This document shows, one piece after another, positions 1 through 7,236 of a DNA stretch of 24,200 bases. Under the pieces are notes generated by a model, which had not been told where the DNA came from, ran no database searches, and saw only the letters and a list, made by a program, of their open reading frames with translations. The stretch lies in NCBI GenBank assembly GCA_963715335.1, contig CAVQRZ010000039.1:1-24200 (forward strand), written 5' to 3'. The position numbers and the translations under genes are program-made. Each line of letters begins with the position of its first letter. Within the stretch, counting starts at the first letter, position 1. The stretch comes from an uncultured delta proteobacterium (GTDB taxonomy: Bacteria > Desulfobacterota > Desulfuromonadia > Desulfuromonadales > BM103).

Positions 1-225
1 TCAGGTTTTTTCAAAAAAGATTTCTGACACTCTAACTATCTAATTCTAATCAAGAAAATAACCCTGGAAAACGCATCTTGCCCGACCGGACAAGGGCGCT
101 CCTGATGGCTATCGCCTTTGCCTGGGTGACATATATTATAAGCCCCCCCCTGACACCACTGATCTCAGTGGCGCTTTGACCAGGGAAAAACTACAGCCTG
201 GGGGGATGCAATGCCTCAAGCGAAA

Positions 226-1518
226 TCACACGGCTTCAATGATTGTGTAATTTTTCTTGCCCTTCTGTACCACGAGGTATGATCCATTGATCAGGTCCGC
301 CCCGGTCACCAGGTATTCCTGGTCGGTCAGCTTGGCCTTGTTCAGGCTGAGCCCGTTCCCTTTAATCGTCCGGCGCAGGTCACCCTTGGACGGGAAAGCT
401 TTTGTTTCCGTGGCAAGCAATTCTACGACCGGCACACCGGGGTCGAGCTTGGCTCTGTCGACTTCATAGGTCGGCACTCCTTCAAAGACTGACAGGAAGG
501 TCTCCTTATCCAGTTTTGCCAGGCTTTCGGTCGTGGCATTGCCAAAAAGAATCTCAGAGGCATCTACTGCCTTGCTGTATTCGTCTTCGCCATGGACCAT
601 GCAGGTGACCTCTTTTGCCAGACGCTTCTGTAATGGTCGCAGGTTCGCTGCGGCTTCCTGCTCCTTGACCAGCCCCATCACTTCTGCTTTGCTCAAAAGC
701 GTAAAGATTTTAATGTACTTCCCGGCATCGGCGTCAGAGACATTGAGCCAGAACTGGTAGAATTTATACGGTGTGGTCAGCTTCGGGTCGAGCCAGACGT
801 TACCGCTCTCTGTTTTTCCGAACTTGCCGCCATCTGCCTTGGTGATGAGCGGACAGGTCAGGGCAAAGGCCTCACCGCCTTCCTTGCGGCGAATAAGCTC
901 CGTACCGGTCGTGATGTTCCCCCATTGGTCCGACCCGCCCATCTGTAACTTGCAGTTCTTCTCTCGGTACAGATGTAAAAAATCGGTCCCCTGAACCAGC
1001 TGATAGGTAAATTCGGTAAACGACAACCCGGTACTGGCTTCTTCACCTAGTCGTTTTTTGACACTGTCCTTGGCCATCATGTAATTGACTGTAATATGCT
1101 TGCCGATGTCGCGGATAAATTCTAGAAACGTGAAATCTTTCATCCAGTCGTAATTATTGACCAGTTCGGCGGCATTGGCGGCATCAGATTCAAAGTCGAG
1201 AAACTTCGCCAGCTGTTTTTTCAAGCATGCCTCGTTATGACGAAGGGCCTGCTCGTCGAGCAAATTGCGCTCGGCCGACTTCCCCGACGGATCGCCGATC
1301 ATCCCGGTCGCCCCGCCGACAAGTGCTATCGGCTTATGGCCGGCGATCTGGAAATGCTTGAGCATCATCACGCTGACCAGGTGGCCGATATGCAGGGATT
1401 CCGCTGTCGGATCGATCCCAACGTAGGCCGCTGTCATTTCTTTTTGAAGCTGCTCTTCCGTCCCGGGCGTGATGTCGTGGATCATGCCGCGCCAGGTCAG
1501 CTCTTCGACAAAATTCAT
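226..1518 (-). CDS. tyrS: Tyrosine--tRNA ligase (class Ic; Bacteroidota-like sequence)
   Basis: HIGH motif (SLHIGH), [28 protein letters not shown] (KMSKS equivalent) and a C-terminal S4-like domain ending KGKKNY. ATG at 1518 (MNFVEEL) is preferred over the ORF-track start at 1530. Confidence 0.97.
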   Translation of the reverse strand: MNFVEELTWRGMIHDITPGTEEQLQKEMTAAYVGIDPTAESLHIGHLVSVMMLKHFQIAGHKPIALVGGATGMIGDPSGKSAERNLLDEQALRHNEACLKKQLAKFLDFESDAANAAELVNNYDWMKDFTFLEFIRDIGKHITVNYMMAKDSVKKRLGEEASTGLSFTEFTYQLVQGTDFLHLYREKNCKLQMGGSDQWGNITTGTELIRRKEGGEAFALTCPLITKADGGKFGKTESGNVWLDPKLTTPYKFYQFWLNVSDADAGKYIKIFTLLSKAEVMGLVKEQEAAANLRPLQKRLAKEVTCMVHGEDEYSKAVDASEILFGNATTESLAKLDKETFLSVFEGVPTYEVDRAKLDPGVPVVELLATETKAFPSKGDLRRTIKGNGLSLNKAKLTDQEYLVTGADLINGSYLVVQKGKKNYTIIEAV

Positions 1519-1635
1519 TTTCAATACCAACCATTCAGTATGTTTGGGTTATATCTATACCTTGGCTGCATCCGCAGACAGGCAGACACCTCAATCGCGC
1601 AGCACCGTGGCACGCTCTATCCGCAGCGATCTTTC

Positions 1636-2415
1636 CTAGCCTTCAACTTGAACCCGCTCTATGCCAGTAGCCTTGCCGCTCACCTCGTCAACGGCAATGA
1701 CAACGCCACACAGGACCGGGTCCTTCTTGGCGATCTCGTAGCGAACCGGCATCTGCGTCATGAACCGCTGGATCGAAAGTTCCTTGCGGATTCCGATTAC
1801 CGAGTCGCGCGCGCCAGTCATGCCGGCGTCACTGATGAAAGCCGTCCCCCCCGGCAACACCCGTTCATCAGCAGTCTGAACATGGGTGTGGGTCCCGACA
1901 ACCGCGCTGACCCGTCCGTCCAGATAGGCGCCAAGGGCCCCTTTTTCGCTGGTGGCCTCAGCGTGAAAATCAACCAGGATGATCTTCTGGCCAACGCCGA
2001 GCCCCGCAAGCAACTCATCCGCCTTGCGGAACGGGCAGTCCAGCCCTCCCATGAACACGCGACCCTCCAGGTTGATCACAGCGACAGACAGTCCCGCCGC
2101 GGTGCGGAACACCCCGACACCGTGTCCAGGCACTCCCGGGGGGTAATTCGCCGGACGCAGCAGGGCCGGCTCCTGGTCCAGACAGATAAGGCCGTCCCGC
2201 TTGTCCCAGACATGGTTGCCGGTCGTCATGACGTCGATGCCGACATCAAACAGTTCAAAAACGACATCCGGCGTCAAACCGAAGCCGGCAGCTGCATTTT
2301 CAGCATTGGCAACGACCAGGTCAATCATGTGCCGGTCAATCAGACGCGGCAACTCGTCACGTACCAGTTGACGGCCAGGTCGGCCAATAATGTCACCGAT
2401 AAAGAGGATGTTCAA
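1636..2415 (-). CDS. ymdB: YmdB-like (TIGR00282) metallophosphoesterase
   Basis: Motifs GDIIGRPG, NAENAAAG, TTGNHVWD, DFHAEATSEK and GTHTHVQTAD. TTG start with GGAG upstream. Classic position downstream of rny. Confidence 0.93.
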   Translation of the reverse strand: MNILFIGDIIGRPGRQLVRDELPRLIDRHMIDLVVANAENAAAGFGLTPDVVFELFDVGIDVMTTGNHVWDKRDGLICLDQEPALLRPANYPPGVPGHGVGVFRTAAGLSVAVINLEGRVFMGGLDCPFRKADELLAGLGVGQKIILVDFHAEATSEKGALGAYLDGRVSAVVGTHTHVQTADERVLPGGTAFISDAGMTGARDSVIGIRKELSIQRFMTQMPVRYEIAKKDPVLCGVVIAVDEVSGKATGIERVQVEG

Positions 2416-2443
2416 AACAACTCCAAACCACTTAAGAGGGGAA

Positions 2444-2494
2444 GTGAGCTAGACGGGGAGATGGAATCATCCACCTCCCCAAATTCTAACTCGC
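2444..2494 (-). other. Strong stem-loop between rny and ymdB (no U-tract)
   Basis: Minus strand GGGGAGGUGGA-UGAU-UCCAUCUCCCC (11 bp incl. one G-U, 2455-2480), extended by GAGUUAGA/UCUAGCUC. Confidence 0.6.
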
Positions 2495-2508
2495 TATTTA
2501 CCTGTTTT

Positions 2509-4071
2509 CTATTTCGCGTAATCGGTCGCCCGTGTCTCACGGATAACATTGACCCGGATCTGCCCCGGGTACGTCATCTCGGTTTCAATCTTGCGGGCGA
2601 TATCTTTCGCCATGACATGCGACTGGTCATCCGAGACGATCTCGCTGGAGACCATGACACGGATTTCACGGCCGGCCTGGATCGCGAAGCAGGAGGTCAC
2701 ACCATTAAATGACGTGCCGATCCTCTCGAGATCCTCCAGTCGCTTGACATAGGTTTCCAGCATTTCGCGCCGTGCACCCGGGCGTGCGCCCGACAGGGCG
2801 TCAGCCGCCTGCACGAGGATGGCCAAAACGGTCTCCGGCTTCTCTTCTTCATGATGGGCCGCAATCGCATGGATAATTTCAGGGGGTTCGCCGTATTTCC
2901 TCGCCAGGTCGGCGCCGATCAGGGCATGGGACCCTTCAACTTCATGGTCAACGGCCTTACCTATATCGTGCAGCAAGCCGGCACGCTTGGCCTGCTTGAC
3001 ATCGATACCAAGTTCAGCGGCCATGATCCCGCAGAGGAAAGCAACCTCTATAGAGTGATGGAGAACATTCTGCCCATAAGAGGTACGATAACGCAGGCGG
3101 CCTATGACCTTGACAATTTCCGGATGGATCCCGTGCACACCGACGTCAAAGGTAGCCTGCTCCCCGGCTTCGCGGATCGCACTGTCGACTTCCTGCTCGG
3201 CCTTCTTGACCACTTCCTCGATTCTGGCCGGATGAATTCGACCGTCGGCAATCAACTTCTCGAGGGCGAGGCGGGCGACTTCCCTGCGTACCGGGTTAAA
3301 GCCAGAGATAATGACCGCCTCCGGCGTATCGTCAATGATCAGATCAATCCCGGTCGCGGCCTCGATGGCCCTGATATTGCGTCCTTCACGACCAATAATC
3401 CGGCCCTTCATCTCGTCGCTGGGGAGCGCCACAGAATTGATGGTTTTTTCGGCGACATAATCGCCCGCAAATCGCTGAATCGCCAACGACAGGATTTTCT
3501 TCGCTTTTTTGTCAGCGACTTCCTTGGCCTCATCCTCAATCTGCCTGATACGCTTGGCAGCATCGTGACGCGCCTCACTCTCCATGGCGGCCATCAACTG
3601 CTGCTTTGCCTCTTCCATGGTGATGCCCGAAATGTTCTCCAGTTTGATGCGCTGCTCAGCAACCAGGGCTTCCGCTTCTGCAGTCTTTTTCAGCAGGTTG
3701 CGGTCACGATCCAGCAGGGATTGTTCACGACGGGACAGGTCATGCTCTTTCTCGTCGGCCAGGGCGACCTTACGGTCCAGGTTCTCCTCTTTCTGCAGCA
3801 GACGCTTCTCCTGGGCATGAAGTTCCCTGCGGGCTTCCCGCACCTCGTCTTCCCAGGCGGCTTTCGCCTTGAAAACAACATCCTTGGAGTGGATGTCAGC
3901 TTCCTTGGTGATTGTCTCCGCTTCTTTTTTGGCGCTTTCAATGATCTTCGCAGCTTCACGTTCGGCGTTCGCAATCTTCGATCCGGACGCCTTGGCCCGC
4001 ATGATCGCGCCGATGAATCCGCCGACGATCAAGCCGGCAAAGGTCAACAATAAAGTCAGTTCTATCTTCAA
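2509..4071 (-). CDS. rny: Ribonuclease Y
   Basis: N-terminal TM helix, coiled coil, KH domain ([13 protein letters not shown]) and HD domain (HSIEVA...LLHDIGKA). TTG start at 4071 follows AAGGAGGT, giving 520 aa; the ORF-track start at 4122 is probably too long. Confidence 0.97.
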   Translation of the reverse strand: MKIELTLLLTFAGLIVGGFIGAIMRAKASGSKIANAEREAAKIIESAKKEAETITKEADIHSKDVVFKAKAAWEDEVREARRELHAQEKRLLQKEENLDRKVALADEKEHDLSRREQSLLDRDRNLLKKTAEAEALVAEQRIKLENISGITMEEAKQQLMAAMESEARHDAAKRIRQIEDEAKEVADKKAKKILSLAIQRFAGDYVAEKTINSVALPSDEMKGRIIGREGRNIRAIEAATGIDLIIDDTPEAVIISGFNPVRREVARLALEKLIADGRIHPARIEEVVKKAEQEVDSAIREAGEQATFDVGVHGIHPEIVKVIGRLRYRTSYGQNVLHHSIEVAFLCGIMAAELGIDVKQAKRAGLLHDIGKAVDHEVEGSHALIGADLARKYGEPPEIIHAIAAHHEEEKPETVLAILVQAADALSGARPGARREMLETYVKRLEDLERIGTSFNGVTSCFAIQAGREIRVMVSSEIVSDDQSHVMAKDIARKIETEMTYPGQIRVNVIRETRATDYAK

Positions 4072-4127
4072 AGCCGTTACCTCCTTATTGGCATTATTTT
4101 TAGTGTGACACCCGGACTTCAATTAAG

Positions 4128-4694
4128 TCAGCAGGCGGTAAAGTTCAATATTTCTTGCTCTGTGATGAGTACGGACAAGGTCCGGTCATGCGCTTCGACA
4201 ATCGGCAACGAGTCTACAAGCTGAAAGCCGTACGCGAAACCGACCTTTTTGCAATCCGGGCGGCACCCACCCAAAGCTCTGTCATAATAGCCGCGACCGT
4301 AACCAAGACGGTGACCGGACCGGTCAAACACGATCCCCGGTACAACGACCAGATCTAAGACAGCCAGCGACAGCCGATCACCACCCGTCGGCTCGGGAAC
4401 ACCGAAAGAGCCAGGGGCCAAATCTTCAGGGCCGGAGATCTCGAAGAATTCGAGAGCCTCCCCGGCTACGCGTGGATAAGCAACCCTCTTACCAGCCTCA
4501 AGGGCGCAACTGGCGACCATCTCTGTCAGCACTTCATTGTGAATGGCGCTGTACAAGGCCAGAAATTTCACATCAGCAAACAGGCTCGACCGGAGAAATC
4601 TCCTTTGAATCTGCCTGCCAAGTTTGCCACGCTGGTTTTGCGAAAGCGATTTACGTTCAGCCAGAAGCTGTGCCCTGATTGCTCGTTTAGGCAT
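4128..4694 (-). CDS. ygfA: 5-formyltetrahydrofolate cyclo-ligase (YgfA/Fau family)
   Basis: DLVVVPGIVFDRSGHRLGYGRGYYDRAL signature; syntenic with zapA and rny. Confidence 0.93.
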   Translation of the reverse strand: MPKRAIRAQLLAERKSLSQNQRGKLGRQIQRRFLRSSLFADVKFLALYSAIHNEVLTEMVASCALEAGKRVAYPRVAGEALEFFEISGPEDLAPGSFGVPEPTGGDRLSLAVLDLVVVPGIVFDRSGHRLGYGRGYYDRALGGCRPDCKKVGFAYGFQLVDSLPIVEAHDRTLSVLITEQEILNFTAC

Positions 4695-4699
4695 GAGCA

Positions 4700-5004
4700 G
4701 AGACCCCGTGATTCGAGACCTCCGGACGGTAGGATGGATAGATCAGATAGAAGGTAGGGTATACGGCACGAACTGCCGCATCAGATTATACCTGCCGAGC
4801 GCTCCTCAGTACAGCTTTGCCGCAGTCCATTCGGGCCGCAGGCAGGGCTGTTCATAATATTCTGGAGTTCCTGGTTTTATAATTTTGATGCGCATTCTGC
4901 GTCGTCTTTTCTAAACGCCCTCTGCGGGCGGCAATACCGTCAGCCAATCTATCTTCAAATCCCCGTTCGGAGATACTTTGTGATTCTGCAACACCCGGGG
5001 TTTC
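4700..5004 (-). ncRNA. Putative 6S-like RNA, atypically long (~305 nt)
   Basis: Lies between zapA and ygfA, the conserved ssrS position. Ends pair (GAAACCCCG/CGGGGUCUC) and nested helices give a rod with an apical hairpin at 4811-4851. Primary sequence is not recognisably canonical 6S; strand and ends are inferred. Confidence 0.6.
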
Positions 5005-5019
5005 GGCCTAACCGAATAT

Positions 5020-5310
5020 TTATCCCCCCAGAGTGGCTTCGATCTTCTCTATCAACCGGCTCAAACGCCGTTCCTCATCTGCGCCACCAGAGTTACTCAG
5101 TGCAGGAGAGCCTTCCAGATGAGCCGCCGACACGTTGAGCAGGGCCAGAATCGCGGCCTGCAGTGAATCAACCGTACGACCGCTTCTGGTTACCTGGCTG
5201 ATCTGATCCTCGACAAACCTGGCGACCCGGTGCACCTGCTCGGGGGGAGCATCGCTCCTGAGGTTAAACTGCTGGCCCAGAATCGAGACCTGAACGCTCT
5301 GCTTCATCAA
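5020..5310 (-). CDS. zapA: Cell division protein ZapA
   Basis: VQVSILGQQFNLRSD...VARFVEDQISQV...AAILALLNV pattern; overlaps the upstream zapB-like stop. Confidence 0.9.
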   Translation of the reverse strand: MMKQSVQVSILGQQFNLRSDAPPEQVHRVARFVEDQISQVTRSGRTVDSLQAAILALLNVSAAHLEGSPALSNSGGADEERRLSRLIEKIEATLGG

Positions 5311-5495
5311 CTCTTCCCTTCGAGGCGTCCCAGTTTGTCAAGCAGTTTATCCAGTTCGTCGCTGACCCGGGTGCGGTCCCGGACCAGGCGATCACACTCT
5401 CCGGTGAGAGCCCGATTACGCTCCTGCAGATCAATACGCTCGGTCAGCAACCGATCTACAAGTTCTTCAAGCCGCGCAATCGCTTCCAAAGACAC
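5307..5495 (-). CDS. ZapB-like short coiled-coil cell division protein
   Basis: 62 aa heptad-rich protein (LEELVDRLL...LQERNRAL...LDKLLDKL), GTG start after GAGGGAG, directly upstream of zapA. Confidence 0.75.
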   Translation of the reverse strand: MSLEAIARLEELVDRLLTERIDLQERNRALTGECDRLVRDRTRVSDELDKLLDKLGRLEGKS

Positions 5496-5523
5496 GTTCA
5501 GCTCCCTCTTCTTATTGCTCTCC

Positions 5524-5552
5524 AGACTAGGTCAAAGATCGCAAAAAGTCAA
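5524..5552 (-). promoter_or_regulatory. Sigma70-type promoter for the zapB-zapA-ncRNA-ygfA-rny unit
   Basis: Minus strand TTGACT (5547-5552) - 17 nt - TAGTCT (5524-5529). Confidence 0.6.
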
Positions 5553-5558
5553 GCGATC

Positions 5559-6794
5559 TCAATTGTTAGCAAACAGCGCCGCAACAAATTCATCGGCGCT
5601 GAAGGGCCGCAGGTCCGCGACACCTTCGCCGACGCCGATCAGGCGTACCGGTAGATCGAGTTGCGAGTTGATTGCGACGACGATACCGCCCTTGGCGGTG
5701 CCATCGAGCTTGGTCAGGACAATCCCGGAGACCTCGACCGCCTCCCGGAACATTTTTGCTTGGACCAACGCATTCTGCCCGGTCGTCGCATCAAGGACCA
5801 GCAGGGTTTCGTGCGGCGCACCGGGCACTTCACGGTCAACAACCCGGCGCACCTTTTTCAGCTCTTCCATGAGATTAACCTTGGTATGCAGGCGACCAGC
5901 AGTATCGAGGATCATGACATCGGCCTTGCGCGCAACGGCGGCCTTGACCGCATCGAAAGCTACCGCACCGGGATCAGAGCCCTCCTTGTGACGAATGACG
6001 TCAGAACCGGAACGGGCTCCCCACACTTCCAGTTGTTCGGCCGCTGCAGCACGGAAGGTATCCCCTGCACCAAGCACGACTTTCTTGCCCTGGTCGGCAA
6101 ACTGTTTTGCCAATTTGCCGATCGTCGTTGTCTTGCCGACACCATTGACGCCAACGACCATGATCACCAGGGGCCCGTTCTCCGGGACAGGCCAATCCGA
6201 CCCGCCGTCTTTCAGGCGAGCACGGATCTCTTCAGCCAGGATTTTTCGCAGTTGCCCGGGATCATTCTGGGTGACGTCCTTCAACCGCCCGGTCAGAGCC
6301 TGCACCAGCTCCTGGGTTGCTTTCATGCCGAAGTCAGCCGTGATCAGAATATCTTCCAACTCCTCGAGAAAATTTTCGTCCAGCCGTGGATGTGTACCAA
6401 GCAGCGCGTCCACTCTGCCCACCAGCGAGCTGCGGGTCTTGTTCAGTCCGGCACGCATGCGCTGGAACAGGTTTGCCGACTCTTCACCGGCCGGCACCTC
6501 TGCAACGGGGAGAGCATCAGGGGCCACAGGCCCTTCACCGACAGCCGCTTCTTCAGCCTTCTCTCGGCGAGGCCGAACTTCTGTTGACGCAGAAGGTTCG
6601 ACCTCGTCATCGGCCTCGACGCCGGCATCCGTCGAGCGCAGGTTGCGCCTTAACAACACGATCACAATCAACAGCGACAGCAGCGTCAGGGCGAGGTAAA
6701 CCAGCGCCAGAGCGGCCATGGGTCCATGTTCGGCAGGCACACCGGCATTAACGAGAAAATCGGCTATTTTATTCAACCAGGCTTCCAATTCCAT
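5559..6794 (-). CDS. ftsY: Signal recognition particle receptor FtsY
   Basis: GVNGVGKTTTIGKLA, DTFRAAA, DTAGRLHT and TKLDGTAKGG motifs; N-terminal hydrophobic helix plus acidic linker. ATG 6794 with GGGAAG upstream is preferred. Confidence 0.96.
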   Translation of the reverse strand: MELEAWLNKIADFLVNAGVPAEHGPMAALALVYLALTLLSLLIVIVLLRRNLRSTDAGVEADDEVEPSASTEVRPRREKAEEAAVGEGPVAPDALPVAEVPAGEESANLFQRMRAGLNKTRSSLVGRVDALLGTHPRLDENFLEELEDILITADFGMKATQELVQALTGRLKDVTQNDPGQLRKILAEEIRARLKDGGSDWPVPENGPLVIMVVGVNGVGKTTTIGKLAKQFADQGKKVVLGAGDTFRAAAAEQLEVWGARSGSDVIRHKEGSDPGAVAFDAVKAAVARKADVMILDTAGRLHTKVNLMEELKKVRRVVDREVPGAPHETLLVLDATTGQNALVQAKMFREAVEVSGIVLTKLDGTAKGGIVVAINSQLDLPVRLIGVGEGVADLRPFSADEFVAALFANN

Positions 6795-6874
6795 ATTAAC
6801 TTCCCAATAAAGCCCCGCAGCATCGCAGCGATGGGGCTCAAGGGCTTGCAGCTTTACAGCCACGCAGCCCCTTT

Positions 6875-7234
6875 CTAAACGATCTCCTTGTGCAGGGCCT
6901 GAATACAGCGCCGGGCTTCGAGCAGGGCACGGCCGAGCATGTCTGAGCGGTCCAGGGTCAGCACCAGATAGTATTCCTTGGTCACGGGGAGAATCAGGAT
7001 TTGTGTCTGCCGGGTGGTAACGACGATCTCCCGCAGGTCACCATCACCCAACCGGTCGACCACCTCGCGCATACTGTGCAGGATAACGCCTTTATGCGCA
7101 CCAATCACCTTGAGGTCATAGTCATCCATGATGCCGACCTGATCGACGGACTCCCCTTCCCAGTCAGCGATAATTGCGCCCTGGGCTCCCGGCACACGTT
7201 CAACCAGCGCATTCAGCAGTGTCTTGAATGGCAT
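6875..7234 (-). CDS. Roadblock/LC7 domain protein (orphan MglB/MglC-like)
   Basis: 119 aa with a roadblock-fold pattern (LVERVPGAQGAIIADWEGESV...EYYLVLTL...GRALL); starts 2 nt after the smc stop. Confidence 0.8.
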   Translation of the reverse strand: MPFKTLLNALVERVPGAQGAIIADWEGESVDQVGIMDDYDLKVIGAHKGVILHSMREVVDRLGDGDLREIVVTTRQTQILILPVTKEYYLVLTLDRSDMLGRALLEARRCIQALHKEIV

Positions 7235-7236
7235 CC

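Noticed and set aside
1..60. AT-rich tract that could be the UP/IHF region of a strong promoter beyond the window edge
   Set aside because: The downstream feature is outside the window, so it cannot be supported.
1519..1635. Possible T-box leader or Bacteroidota TAnnTTTG promoter for tyrS
   Set aside because: The gap is too short and lacks T-box motifs; the TATGTTTG at 1539-1546 is on the wrong strand.
1237..2712. 491-aa plus-strand ORF spanning antisense of tyrS, ymdB and rny, including two intergenic gaps
   Set aside because: No recognisable domain; composition is typical of antisense shadow frames of GC-rich genes; overlaps three well-supported genes.
2851..4053. 400-aa plus-strand ORF antisense to rny
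   Set aside because: Shadow ORF with no motifs and no evident RBS.
4791..4810. GAGGAGCGCT resembling the start of an SAH riboswitch
   Set aside because: The remaining SAH aptamer elements are not present in order; better explained as part of the 6S-like rod.
4700..5004. MITE interpretation of the terminal inverted repeats
   Set aside because: Only 9 bp and imperfect, no target-site duplication seen, no second copy in the window, and the position matches ssrS.
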